Of a stretch of 64,000 nucleotides of DNA, positions 35,436-48,949 are shown in pieces. Source of the DNA: Podarcis tiliguerta. Lineage: Eukaryota. The position numbers and the translations under genes are program-made. The stretch is from NCBI GenBank assembly GCA_965153285.1, contig OZ229117.1, one strand, 5' to 3'. The first letter of the stretch is position 1. Every line of letters begins with the position of its first letter. The notes beneath the pieces were generated by a model. That model did not search any database and was not told where the DNA came from. It saw only the letters and a list, made by a program, of their open reading frames with translations.

Positions 35436-37823
35436 TTGGGGGCTACAGCAGTAACCTTTAACTTTTGCCCTTATTGTTGGGAGGCAGGCATGTACATACG
35501 GATGGATTTATGTTATGTATTAATTTCTTTTTGTTGCATTGCAGTGGCTCTCCTTTTCCTTATATAAAAGTGTTGTTTGAGAGTGAATAAAAATAATAAA
35601 TTTAAAAAGAATAAAAAGTTGGCACATGGGAATCTTGGAGAGATAAGGATATGGCTGACTAGGTAAAAAAAAGTTTTCCCACATCTGAAATATGGGACAA
35701 AATACATTGTGCACATCTTGGAGACTTTCTCTTTTTTCACCACTGCTGTCACCTTACTGTACCCATGTTTAAGGTTATTTTTTCTGCATATGAACTGATG
35801 GCAGTCATATGCTTATATGGGAGAAAATAAAAGGATGCACATCACGACTGTGTCTTATTGGGTTTATTTGTTCTCAGCAGTGTTCCATATTGCTTCCATT
35901 TTATTTTGTTTGTGCTAGAGAACTTAATCTGAGCCACTGAGAACCAAGCCTGCTTCTACCTGCTTAGCTTGTCCTTTCAGTTTCATAGCTCCACCTTTTG
36001 GCTTCTGTTTCTTGATCATGTGAGCTCAATGGAACATTAGAACTATATTTAGATGATTGTGTTGTGCATGATTGAATCCACCTGTAATAACAGAGATATG
36101 AAAGCAAAGTACACATATTTATTATGCTAATGCTGAAGAATTAAGGACAGTTGGGCTGTGCAACTGGAATAAACACCATTGCCTTATATCCTTGTTGATT
36201 GCTTATTTTTGCCAATCAGTCAGAAATACTGGGGAAGCATACATGCATTTGTGTTACCAATTCTACTTTGGTCACAAATAAGTCAGATTTGGTCAGAAGA
36301 GTTTGAGGAAACTTTTACACTTGCTTCCAAGTAAGGGAAGAAGTTGAGTGCTATAACCACTGGCTTCTCTGTTCTAGTGAACCATCAAGAGTACATGGTT
36401 GGTTACAGCACCTTTCTACCTAAACGACAATCCATAATGTGATTACCTGAGTCTGTGAAACTAGGGCCAGCGAAATACCAGGGTATGCTGGCCCCAACTT
36501 CATGCATGAGCATCTTGGTTTTCTTTCAGATCACTGTATGTTTATATTAAATAATTACCTTAGCCTCTAATTATCTAGAGCTGCTGTGCATGTGTGTGTA
36601 TGTGTGCTTAATTTCCTCCAAGTCAACAAGCAGGATTGAAGTGAGTGGAGGTATTACCATTAGCCCTTAGCTTCACTAGGAAGAGGCGATAATTAGGCGT
36701 AGGTAGTACAGTAACTCTCTTAGGTATTCATGTAGTCAAGAGGTGAAGAAAGAAATGGGAGGAGTGATGAAGAGAAACTGAAGTTAGGAATTGGAACATA
36801 GCTTTAACCTCAGATGGAAACACCTGGAGTTTGATGTTTTTGCAGAGGGTCTCAGCTTTTTAACACTTCTAGATCATATTTCCTGTTGACATTTTCTGGT
36901 TTTACTGATAACATGCTCATTCTTCTGAAGACTGCGAGCCCAGTGCTCTCTTTCTCCGTGTTAGTGTCTTTAAAAACAAAGTGGTTTTATTATGCCTGTA
37001 TTAAAAGGCTTTTGCTTGTAGTGAAGAGATGAGCTTCCTGGTTAAAAGTAACTAAGCGCTGTTGTTATAAGACTTCATACTTCATCCTGGTGGCATCTGT
37101 CTAAGCAAGTCCAGCTAATAGATTAAACTTCTGGCGTCAGAGCAGAGAATGCCATTTGAATTGCCAGCATTTATTAATGCAGATTTACAACTCCTCTACC
37201 CTGAGGGAAGTTTCATGAATATTCAGTTGTACAACTGAAAGAAAGATGGATCCTTGTCCCCAAAGGCCTTGGAGTTTCAGAAAAGGTGCTTGCAACTCAT
37301 GACCCAGCAAGTTAAATGCAGCTCACCAGTTTTACACAGTGGTCTATACTGCATATGTGTGAAGGACTGTGGAAATTAAACAATTACAGTTCATACTGTT
37401 AGGCTAATGTAAGCTAATTTACTGAGAGCTTATAAGGATTCCATAAGAGGGTCCTTGAGTAAAATGCTGCAATATGGAATATTTCTGTTCAGGGTTCCAG
37501 CATGCCCTTTTCAAGGCTACTCCATCCCACTCCATCCTGCCACCACACTTTCTCTCATCTGTCATTCTGTGTCCATTGAGAATGCTCAGGCCTTATTAAG
37601 CTGTGCTTGTTTGCTTTTTTTTTTACCACCATCCCAGTCTTTTTCAAAAACATACTTTTGCAGATCTTTGGATTTTCACAATCTTGTTGGTGCCTCCTTC
37701 TTGCATGTGGATGGTGCCATTTGACTACATGAGGATCCACACATGGATAATGAGTTTACTATTAGCATATAGGATATTTGGTGTAGCTAGAGGCCTTCCT
37801 AGCCAGGCAGAGATCTTCTAGAG

Positions 37824-38012
37824 GAGGGGTTCATAACCCCTCCTGGTCTATGAAGGGATCCATGGCTGGGTATTAGGGGTCTGTGAACCAGGTGCAAATT
37901 GTATGCAAAATGTTGGGTGTACTGTTGATGTGCGTTTTTCTAGGGAGAGTCTCTAAAGCTTTCATCAGATTCTCAAAGGGGTCCATGATCCCCTAAAGGT
38001 TAAGAACTGTCT
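37824..38012. mobile_element. hAT-Charlie MITE resembling Charlie4z
   Basis: AAATTGTATGCAAAAT...AGCTTTCATCAGATTCTCAAAGGGGTCC...AAGGTTAAGAAC; left flank TTCTAGAG is a Charlie-type target. Family name from memory. Confidence 0.7.
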
Positions 38013-38961
38013 TTGGCAGAATTTATTAATTTATTTATATTTTACCTAGCTCAGAACATAAATGAAGAACAGAGAATGTTTTATTAATTAATTAATTAAT
38101 TACCTGCCCTTTACCATAAGACCCCAAGGCAGGTTACATCATTAAAACACAATATTAAAAACCGTTTAAAACAGCTTATGTAGCGATGAAACACCTACCA
38201 GATGTTTGCCAGCCCCTTATTTGTTGTAGTCCCATGAATTATGCAGGAATTATGCTGATAGAAAGGCAATAAATAAAATAAATAAATAAAACCATAGTAA
38301 AAATTAAGATTAGCACACCATTACACCCTCCCAAACCCCCATTATTTGGTACAAATACAATTGTATGTGTATGTATCTAAGCATGTAAGGAAAAGGGTTC
38401 ACCACTGCGCGCTGCACTCTCAATCTGGATCCGTAACACTCCTCTGTCATTGCTCTCTTTAAAGACCTGGCCTTAGTTCTGTGTAGAACAATTACACTTT
38501 ACTGAAATGGACATCAAAATGTAATAATCTTTGTGGTGGTGCAAGTGTCCAGTAATTTATTAGCCGTTAATGCCATTTTCAGTCTGTTGCAGGGCAGGCA
38601 TCTGTTTATTCTCTGTTTGGTTTCCCTTGGAAATAATAAAGAAGAGTAATTAAGAGCAGCACCTTTGCCAGTTTTCTAAATAGAAAGATTTGTGATGTGG
38701 TGAAAGTAAGTGCCTAAAACATCAACAGACCCGGGGTGGGAGCATCCTGTTTTTCTAGCTTACAGGATAAACTGGATTTGTGAAATCATGTGTCAATCTT
38801 GAGGGCACCTCCCCTGCTCACTGGAGCGGGCTTCACTCTTAAATGAACCAGGAAAAGTGGGTGGTTAAAGAAAATAAAGTGCTGAACAAATGGTGCAGAT
38901 GAAGAAGCCAGGTGCTTGGAAAGAAACCATAATAAATTGGACAGGCTGCCAGAAGTGACAC

Positions 38962-38964
<3 letters not shown>

Positions 38965-39007
<43 letters not shown>
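38965..39007. repeat. (TG)n microsatellite
   Basis: Direct reading. Confidence 0.95.
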
Positions 39008-39009
<2 letters not shown>

Positions 39010-39029
39010 CAATCCCTGAGCTGTATGCC

Positions 39030-39145
39030 TGCATTTTGTGTTGTGGGCCCAAACCTGTGGAACTCCCTCCCAACTGAGATTAGGCAGGACCCTCCTTGCT
39101 GAACTTCAGGCATGTGAAAAAGACCTTTTTCGTTGCAGCAGGTGT
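39030..39145 (+). mobile_element. L2 fragment
   Basis: CCCAAACCTGTGGAACTCCCTCCC encodes LWNSLP, the L2/CR1-clade ORF2 C-terminal motif. Confidence 0.6.
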
Positions 39146-40679
39146 TGTAAGGAATTGAAAGTCCTCCTCTGCTTCCACCCCTAAGCAAAGCATCCTTTTC
39201 CACAGGGCAGCACATGAGAACAGCAGACTCCAGTCTTCAAATGCAGCTTAGCTCCCGAACACCCAAAAAGTAGGAAGCTCTTTACATGTCTTTGGCAATG
39301 ACCCACATTTGGCAAAGACCAAAGCTGTGTTCCTTCTCAATCCTAGTCCTGCTCCTAGACTTGGGTGCATTTTTGATGTTCCTTCTAAGGTGGTCAGTGG
39401 CGATTGTTGGGTTCTTGCATCTGTGCTGTACTGGTGTGTGACGGGCATTGGTGGGCGGAGAGGAGGTTAAATAACACCATCTTGACATCCATTGTAACAG
39501 CTTCTGTGTTGTTGCTCATTTCTGAGAACCAAACAGGTGGAAAGCCTGCTTTTGGGAGTCCTAAGTCACTTCTGCCCATCCAATAAGCAGAGACGGAGAA
39601 GAGTGGCTAAGCCTTCCTACTGCCACTGTTTTTCAATCCCCTCCTCACATGTTGGAAACATGCAGAGGAACAGGAAGTACGTGGGAGAGGAGTGGTGAGC
39701 AGAGGAAGAAAACTTCCCACCTGCAGCCACCCATTACTTACCTTCACCACTTATCAGATATGTGAGGAGTTGATCTGTTAGTGTGGCTGCACCTGTGCTT
39801 TGAAACCTGTGCTTTGGATATTTTTCTGCAGAGCATTTTTCTCAGCCCTTGGCATGTCTGAAGATCTGTGTGTGACTTGTGTGTTCTGACACCAAGTCTT
39901 GCTGGAAAAATATACTGTCTTTCTCTAACTTCTTGTTCTCTGGCACCAAGTTGGGAACAAGGGTCTCTGCGATATTTTGTGCTAGGCACGCTGAGATTCT
40001 CAGCAAGAGAGAACTTGCCTGTTTTTTTCTAATTAGGAGCTTCACAGAAACTCTGAAAAGAGTGACCTGCCATGTCAGAGCCCTCAAGGCAGCCTCCAGG
40101 TATTTCTTGGGACGAGACATCTAGAGGTAAAAGGAATTTCCGGTTCAGCTTCTGCTGGAGACATAAAACTCAGGAGAGAACTGTATTGGGAGATTATTTT
40201 TGTATTAATGCCAAGAATAGAGGATTAAAAAAGGACACAGGAAACTAAAAGAAAGGGAGAGAATAGTTTTACTCCCCCACTCAGTTTTTCCAACATGACT
40301 AACGAACAAAGGATGAGATTCAGGAGTAGGGAAGAAAGAGAAATTGGATTAAATGAGAACTGAACCTAATCTGCAGTTTTTGAAACAATACACAAATCAA
40401 AACACAGCCATCCTATGGAATTTGTACTTTTCTGAATTTTGATGTAGCTTTTCAGCCAAGTACTGTGTACAAAAATGCATATACTAGGATACATTATAAT
40501 AAATGCATATACTGGTGAATACATACTCCAGTTCATTGTCTTAGAGGAAATGCTTTTTCTCAGGAAAAATTATCTGCAGAAATGTGCACTAAAATGTTTA
40601 TGAATTTTCTTGAGGACTTTAAATAATAATTGCAACTATGATGTGGAGAACTGAATTTATGTTCAGGAAATAAGAGTTT

Positions 40680-40965
40680 TTCTAATTCTCTTTTAAAGCC
40701 ATTGAAATTGGTGACCATCACTGGCTGTGGTGGTAATGAGTTCCATAGTTTAACTATGTACTACACGTTGGATGTCTATGAGTGTTCTAGTGTTAAGAGG
40801 CAGGGCACATTCTGTATGCGATGCATTATATTATAAACTTATATCATGTAACCTCTTACTGATCATTTCTCAGAACCAAACAGTTCCAAATGCTGTAGCC
40901 TTTCCTCATTAGGGAGCTGCTCCATCCCCTTGACAATTTTAGTTGTCCTTTTCTGAAACTTTTCC
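40680..40965 (-). mobile_element. CR1 fragment
   Basis: TTTTAAAGCCA...GAGTTCCATAGTTTAACTATG...GCTCCATCCCCTTGA; similar to the 4380-4600 copy. Confidence 0.7.
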
Positions 40966-41569
40966 ATGTTCCTGAACTACAACTCCTATAATCCCAGGCC
41001 TTTGGGCTTGCTGACTAGGGTTGATGGGTGTAGCAGTCCAGAAAACATCTGGAGGGCCCCATGCTAGCTACCTCTGCTGTATGGTCTTTCTCTGTTTGCC
41101 CCCCCCCCCATCTATCCTGCTGATCATAATGTTAATCATTTTGTGGCTTCACTGACTCAAAAAATAAAAACAGGACTTAATTCAACATTCATTGATCTCA
41201 TCTGCATATGGCTCCACTTGTGGGGGTTGGCGGATGATTTAAAGGTTTCTTGCGGTCATGTCAGATAGCTTTGGAAAACTGGGATTTTTATTAAAAGTTT
41301 GGGAGTATATATAAACTTAATGCCGTTCTGAAAATGCAGGAGGAAATCTCTTCCTTATTTTTCACTTTCTCACCACTCCAGGAAGCTGTATCCATCTCAG
41401 TGCTGTTATTCATCACAATCTACCTTAGCACCATATTTTCATAACTCCCAGTGTGTATTTGGTTTACATTAAGCAGAGCTTTAACTTTGCATTACCCTTC
41501 CTGTGCACGCCTGCTGTATACATTTCCCTCCCCTAAGGGATTATTTATCTTAAATTATGCAAGCATTGA

Positions 41570-41750
41570 GAACCAGGGTGGTTTGGTAGATAGTGACAGG
41601 CTTGGCCTGGGTTCAAACCCCAGCTTGGTTATGTATTTACTAACAGCCTTAAGCAGTTGCTACCTCAGCTTCTGTGAATAACAGCACAAGTATAGTAGTC
41701 CATCTCAGAGGCTGTCAAAGGGAAGAAAATGAGAAGAGATATTAAGTGCT
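41570..41750 (+). mobile_element. Old MIR-like CORE SINE
   Basis: CCTGGGTTCAAACCCCAGCT B box and degraded core/tail. Confidence 0.5.
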
Positions 41751-42958
41751 AAATGGATGAGTAGCGGATAAAACAGTCTATGATAGTGCTCAGTGACTGG
41801 ATAGGCCCATTAGCTGATCTAGAACAGAACACTGAAAGAGACAAGTGCCTTCTCTTCCTTTTAGGAGGTGTGTGGTGTGTGCATGTGTTCTTGTATATAC
41901 CAGCAATCCATTTCAGTTTTTCCCTTTCTGTCCCACTACTAAACCTCATGTGCTTTACGGAAGTACAGAACAGGTTCTTAATCTAAAACTGTTTTTATTT
42001 GTACTGAATTGCAAGGTTCTCCCCTCTTTTTATGATTTTCTTTAACCAGATTTGCAGAAACATGTCAAATCTATATTACAGATTCTGGTTGCAAGAGCAG
42101 TCCATGATTAGTGCTGATATATATACCTGTAATGCTATATCATGACTTCAGATAACCATGGAAGGGAAATGTGCACGCAATAGTTGAGGGAGGAACATGG
42201 AAGATTCCCAGTCTGTGGTCAGGAGATTGAAATGAAACAGTTGAGCCTTTTAATAAAGAGAAGAACAAATTCATTACAACTTAGTCCTGAAAACACATTT
42301 AGCCTAAAGAATGATCTGATAGAAACCATCACATTCCTAAAATGTCCAGTCCACCTTCTGGTCATTTTCTGCAATAAGAAAGAATTTTAAAAGTTTTTAA
42401 ACAGCTGAGTTACAAGTATCATGAGGCATAACTGGATTTTGATAGCATGAAAACTTAAATTGTGGTTCTTCTGTGGCCCATAGAACAAAAATTGTTGACC
42501 AGAGAGCTGCCTACTCATCCCTTTAATGATTACTTTATCCTTGATTATAATAATATTTACTTCTTACGCTCATTTATTACACAAGCTGTATTCTTTCACC
42601 CATTCAGTATTCGCTGACAGGAAATCTTTTGGTCTCTCTCTTTTTGGGGAGGGGGTCAGAAAAGTATGGCAGAAGGTATAGGCACGTTAATCCTGGAAAA
42701 TAGCTGCGATTTTTGACGCAGAGCTGATTGCTTCTTGAATGGCAGGGTGTAGCATTAGCAGGTTGAAAACAATTGCTTCCTCTAGACTGGGTGGTACAGA
42801 TGCAACAGTACTGATCCCTGAACTATGACTGAAGGTGAGCCACAGGGTCGTGCCCCTCTCCTCCTTTGTCAGCATTAGCCATAGTGCTGTATTACGTTTG
42901 CACCAATGGTTTGTGATGGCTAGTTTTAACCAGAATTTGAAAGGAATGTGCCCAAGTA

Positions 42959-43261
42959 CAGTGGTGCCTCGCAAGACGAAAAGAATCCATTCTGCGAGTC
43001 TCTTCGTCTTGCGAAGCAAGCCCATTAGCGGATTATCGCTATTAGCGGCTTAGCGGGCTTAGCGGATCAGCTGTTAAGCGGCTTAGCGGCTTGAGAAAAG
43101 GGGGGGGGAGGAAAAAACCCCCGCAGGAACTCGCAAGACATTTTCGTCTTCCGAAGAAAGCCCATAGCAAATTTGTTTTGCGAAGCACCTCCAAAACGGA
43201 AAACCCTTTCGTCTAGCGGGTTTTCCGTCTTGCGAGGCATTCGTCTTGCGGGGCACCACTG
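42959..43261. mobile_element. Young Tc1/mariner MITE with internal TTAGCGG tandem motifs
   Basis: TIR CAGTGGTGCCTCGCAAGACGAA/TTCGTCTTGCGGGGCACCACTG; TA TSD; CpG-rich. Confidence 0.92.
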
Positions 43262-46200
43262 TACTTGTTAGCATTGGCACACCTTCAGAGTAGACACCAT
43301 GATTACTGCTGAGAAGGGGAAAGATTGGAACCGATTTGTCTCTGCACCAAGATGGTTTTCAAACCTAGCTGGTTCAGATGTAATAGTGAACTATGATGTA
43401 GTGTTATGTCAGCAAGCTCTGTGCTCATACACCCTTTCGTCCCTTGGGCACACCTCACTTCAAAGGTGTCTCATCAGGCTGGACAAGATTAAAAATCCAA
43501 AGCAAATTATTTTTAAAAAGATAAGTGACAAGTTGTTGTTTGCCTGTTGTTTAGAGGAAGCTATTTAATATTTTAGTGTGAGCATCAGGATGATGGCTTT
43601 TGAGGTCAGGCTGGCACACACAATTCTTTTCAGGGGGAAGTAAATATCTTTTTTTTTTTTGGATCTTGCCTGACAGTTTTGGAGCTTTGACATTGTCTCA
43701 CAGTTTTGTTTGCTCTTTTCTTTGGTTTTGTTATAGCTGATTCAAGTTTAAAATTAAATGCTTCCGTTGGGATCTTTTTGTGGCACCTCAGTCTTTTTAT
43801 TAGCAGGTTTTCATTATTTTCTGGATTTTCCTTTCAATATAATGAACATATTGTTTTTGTTTCAGTTTTATGGAGTCCTGCTATTGTGCACTTAGCTTTA
43901 GCTGAGATGGGGAACCTGTGGCCAGCCCTCTCAGATATTGTTGGATCAATGGCAGACAAAATCTTCACAATAATGATAATTTCCATTCTCCCTTCTGATT
44001 TAGTGGCAAACCATTTTGCCCACGAAGCAAGACTGCAATTACACTTAAAACTAAAGTTTGCAATCCTGATTAGCAGGCAAAACATAGGGTCAGATAAGTA
44101 AGGCTATTGAAAGTGTGAATGCAGTTAACAAATGTGCATCGCATTCACATAACAAATGTTATGTAAATGGGAAGAAGGGTGGGATATAAATATATATTTT
44201 TTATCAACATCATCGTCATCATCAAGCCACAGAGAAGCCTGAACAGCCTTGTGGGTGAAGTGAAGAAGTTTGAGACCATGGCCACTAGAAAGACAAACTC
44301 TGTCTCCCAAGGTCTTCTCCCAAGTTCTCAGTGCCACTTGAGCTTCCTAACAGCTGCTACTTACACGGAAAAAAATTGCATGTTAATGTTAATCTAGGGG
44401 CCAAATTAGATGGAATGACAAACTTTGGTTTTGTAGCAAAATTTCAAGTGAGACTGGAAGCTGGAATTTGGGAGTATATAAAATACAGGGCTCACTCAGA
44501 CTATGGTTTGTTGTTACATCTGAACCTCCACACAGTGTTCCGGGGAATCCTGAGGTTCTTGAGAAGGTTATCTGGAGTTCCATGGTGATGGAGGTTCCCA
44601 AAAAAACTTGGTGTCAGTGTTCCCTGTGGTTACCTACACATTACAGGGGGCACAGCGACTTTGCCCTGCAACTTGCCCCCTAATTCTCAAAGTTCATTGG
44701 TAGATGGGATGGTGTTTGCAAGTCAACACAGAAATTGTTCCTTGAGGAGCACTATTCATCGAAAACCAATGTCCTGACTACCACCCCGAGTGGAATAAAA
44801 AAGTAAAAAGTGCAAGTTTTATTTGCTTTGTTCCTTGAGTTCTGTTGTTCAGAAATACCCTACCCCGTTTTGCTTTGCACTCTAGAATATGATTTGCAGG
44901 ATTAGATAAAGGGGATTAGGGCAAACAAGGGGCCTCTTTTTCCTTCTGCAGCCCCAGGGATGTCAAAAACCTTCAGCCACTAATAGAATTGCCTGTAAGA
45001 TCTAATTAAGAGAGGTGAAGGGACCCAAAATAGCATTTCCTCCCTGCCTATTGCAGCCCCCACTCCACAGTTAGCCCCCTAGCCTTGTGCTGTTTCACCC
45101 TCCAAAGCCATTGCCACTCACTTGCATTCTGCTGCCTCATTAGAAAGCAACAACTTGCAAAGTCAACCAGTTCTGTTGTGATGTTTCCCAAATTAGGTAC
45201 CTCTGGGATTATTGCTTAATATAGCTCCTGTTTTTAAGGCTTTAAAAATATTTCTCATGGCTCTGTACAGCTGGGTTTGGCATTTAATTAGGAGTTAAGC
45301 TGTGTTTTGAAATATTTTTTCTTCCTTTTCAGTTTTCATGGGGGGGGGGGAGGGATTTGGTGAGTCAGGAGGTCTCCAGGGCACTGTTCCTACTTGTGCT
45401 TCGGTTAGCATATCTGACCTTGGGTAACTCAGCTCTCTTGCTCGCTAGCGTTTTCATTGTTTGCAAATTGGGAGTAAGAATTTGCGTTTGTCACAATTGT
45501 TTTGGGGTTTAATCTAATAATAATTGAAATATATTGCAAGCGGCTGGCTAAGTATGACTGGCCCGATCATCTCCTTTTTGATGAATGGCATTTTTCTTCT
45601 TCTGACTTGAAAAAGGACATCACACTTGGAAATTATTACAGTATTGGAATGGATTTGAGCAGGCTGCCCTGAATTCCCCCCAAATGTATTTAGCACGTTT
45701 TGTACATTGCCTAATATTTGCTTGAGCCTGATGAAAACCAGACCAAGGCTAACTGGGCATGGTATCATTTCTCCTCTAATGCCTTTTGTGCAGTTGGGCC
45801 TGAAAATCGATGTGGCAATTCAGCATCCTTGGGGAATATTGCAGCAAAAAAAAAAAAAAAAGGGAAGAGAAGTAAAACAGCCTCTAATATTTTTCATTTT
45901 CATAGTATGAGAATTTCATGTCCACAGTGTACTTGCTCACATAACCCATGTATCTGTGATTTTGTCCCTTTTTGAACTTTCGCTGTCAGGAAAAACCTCC
46001 TGGCAGGGCGAGAAATGTCCTCTTTCCTCAGTGGAAGCTTTTTCAAGTAGAAGAGTGTCTCGGCTGATGAAACACTTTGGTATTGTTCATTCCAATGAGG
46101 CTATCAGCTGTGATAGCTGCCATCATGATTTGGACGGGAAGTTGGAGGTTGGGTATTTCTCAAAGTCTCATTCTTGATCTTCAGTGATACTTTTCTCCAG

Positions 46201-47177
46201 ATCCACAAGATCTAGAATCTAGATTTGTACTCAAAAAAATAGAAATAAAGAAAAGAAGTCTAAAATGGACAGAATAAAAGTACAGACGTGTTTAGTCCAT
46301 GAGCCAAGGAAGAGGCACATTGGCTTAATTCTTACTATTGTGCAATCTAAACTGGGTTGTGAACTAGCTGCAGTGATCCTCAGGCGTTGATGTTTTGCCT
46401 TCTCTATGTGAGTAGCAAACATTGGAAGTCTCTGGGTTCCAGTTTGCAGAAAACCATAATTTGTTCTTTTATCCAAAGATGGCAAAAAAGTACTTTGTGA
46501 TCAAACTAGGATCTCAAGCCATAATTTGATCCTTTTTGATGGAAAAATATGGTTTACATAAAGAGCAAAGGAACAATATGAGCCCAAGGCTTACTAGGGG
46601 TAGTTCTTGTAACAACAAACCATGGTTTGGGCAAGGCCCAGACCTCTGCAGGCACCATTTCCAAGGTTAATTCACAGTTTCCACATGTCCAGGCGATTTG
46701 TTTCCTTCTGCCTCTTCTTCTAACAGCAGAATTAACATTAAGGAAGCATGTCTTTTAAAAGCGAGGAATTCTGCACGTGAATTCATAGAAACTGCAAAGG
46801 CATATGAGTCCTGGTGTCAGGTATCCCAGCAGACAAATGTGAAGTCAAAAAACACAAGGATTCCAAATTATTTTCAAATATTTATAAGGCTATCTTTTGG
46901 AAGAAATCTGCTCTTTTGAAGCCAGACATACTGTTTCCACCACCCAGGATCGCATATGCGGCAGATTCTTGGCATTTCTATCTTGTAGCACCAGATTTTG
47001 GCACAAAGTGCTTCATGCTTGGAATCAAGCTTCCTAAGAATCAGCCAGTGCTTAAAATCTTGGGGCAGCGCCAACTCTAAATGAAATGAAGCATGTTCAT
47101 CTTGAATTCTGCTTCAGTTTCCAGTTTGCAAAATGTGCCACCTAATCCCTTTCATCCTGAACAGATAGGTTTGGGCA

Positions 47178-47493
47178 GATCCACAGCATACATTTAAAGC
47201 AATGCACATGACTGGGAACTCTAGTTTCCCCCTCACATAGTTACAATTCTCAGCACCTTTACCAACTTACAGTTCCCAGGATTCTTTGGGGAAGTCATGC
47301 ATTGGATATCCATTGGATATGCTTTAAAGTTTAAAGTTGTTGACCTTTTTTTTTTTTAAGGGAGGGGGAAAGCCATGTTGAGCTTTTTTTAGGGGAGCCA
47401 AACTTCTTGAGCTTCTTTGGGGGGAGCCAGTGATCTACCACAGACATCCAGTGATCTACCAGTAGATCACAATCTACCTGTTGGACGTGCCTG
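47178..47493. mobile_element. Palindromic MITE fragment followed by a truncated hAT MITE end
   Basis: CAGTTCCCAGGATTCTTTGGGGAAG arm, then GATCTACC repeats ending GTTGGACGTGCCTG. Confidence 0.6.
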
Positions 47494-47649
47494 CTGTAGA
47501 AGTCTTGGTGCTTGATGCTGAGGAGGCATTAGTATTCCTTTAACGGTGTTAACCTTTACTCCAGAGAGAGAAACATTTTAATACTTTAATAATCATATTT
47601 TGCTTCTGAGTGATTCAGTTTGCCTGAGAGGTTAAGTGCATTCAAAGAA

Positions 47650-47885
47650 ATTTTATACTTCTTGCAAGCTTAAGTGTAATGGCCATTGGATTTGTCTTAA
47701 AGACTTTTGCTTGCAGTGAAGTATGCATGAGGGCTGCCCTTTGCCTCACCTTCTCATTGACCTTGCATTTGCACACACTAATGGTTCCAATCAGGGCTAA
47801 TGAGGTGATGTAAGGTATTAAGACAGAAGATAATGAATATAAGGTGATGGTCCAAGCAGATGATGTCACGCTGACTCTAACCCTG
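47650..47885 (+). mobile_element. L1/Tx1-clade reverse transcriptase fossil
   Basis: SMHEGCPLPHLLIDLA (GCP at 47732), then after a frameshift IRANEVM*GIKTEDNEYKVMVQADDVTLTL (ADD at 47856); corresponds to the RQGCPLSP and YADD RT motifs. Confidence 0.75.
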
Positions 47886-48510
47886 TATCGTCTATAGCTG
47901 CAGTGCTCTGACTTACCACATCATTTATTCCTTCTTGAATGATTGGGATAAATCAGAATTTCTTGATGGGGAATTTCTGTTGAAGGCCTTCTAAGGTAGG
48001 CCAAAGAGAACATTAAGAATTTTAATCCCCAAACAACTGGCACATTCTCAATTTATCATGGATGTGCGGTTATCAAAGACCACCTTAGATTTGAAACATC
48101 AGCAGGCATTAGAGCTTCCTCTCCCTTCTCCCCTGATACAGTTAAAATGAATGTTACCTCTTTTGAGTTGTTTAATTAAATAAATTAAATAACTTGTCTA
48201 AATTGCCTAGTTTCATAAAACAAATTATATTACCTGCAGTTTCCTGTGGAATGACAAATGACCGCACATCTCCTTTTTAAAACTACAGTCTTTAGAACTA
48301 CATTTGAAGAGTAAGGGGCTTCCCTGTTCCTATGCTTGCTGCTTATCTCTCAGCCATATTATTCTCACAACCTTTAAGGTGGCAACCCAGCAACTCTTGG
48401 AAGCATTGAGATGGATTAGTTTGGAAACAACCTGTCTAAAGCCATTGTGTAGCACTGTAGTGATGGGGGCAATGCATCTTTCCCCCCCACAAAAGATGAA
48501 AAATGATGTA

Positions 48511-48752
48511 CAGTGGTACCTCGGGTTACATACACTTCAGGTTACATGCGCTTCAGGTTACAGACTCCACTAACGCAGAAATATTACCTTGGGTTAAGAA
48601 TTTTGCTTCAGGATGAGAACAGAAATCATGCTCTGGCGGCGCTGCAGCAACAGGAGGCCCCATTAGCTAAAGTGGTGCTTCAGGTTAAGAACAGTTTCAG
48701 GTTAAGAACGGACCTCCGGAACGAATTAAGTTCTTAACCCGAGGTACCACTG
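48511..48752. mobile_element. Tc1/mariner MITE, inverted relative to the 10509 and 60042 copies
   Basis: TIR CAGTGGTACCTCGGGTTA/TAACCCGAGGTACCACTG; TA TSD. Confidence 0.92.
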
Positions 48753-48816
48753 TACGTGTGGGAGTTTCTTGCTTGCAGTTAAGTAAGAGCTGCATAAATG
48801 GCAACCAAATTGGAGA

Positions 48817-48949
48817 AGGGCCATAGCTCAGTGGTAGAACATCTGCCTTGCAGGCAAAAGGTTCCCAAGTTCAATCCAAGGCATCTGCTGGTAGGGCTGG
48901 GAGAGATCCTTGTCTATAAGTTTGGAGAGCTGCTGCCAGTCAGAGTGTA
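48817..48949 (+). mobile_element. tRNA-derived SINE, 3' truncated
   Basis: GGGCCATAGCTCAGTGGTAGAACATCTG...GTTCAATCC. Confidence 0.8.

Noticed and set aside
43025-43090. Telomere-like or CRISPR-like short repeat array
   Set aside because: TTAGCGG units are internal to a MITE, have no spacers, and this is vertebrate DNA.
48817-48890. tRNA-like sequences (also 1067-1129, 2910, 35050-35118, 59000)
   Set aside because: SINE heads with degraded stems, continuing into SINE bodies; not tRNA genes.
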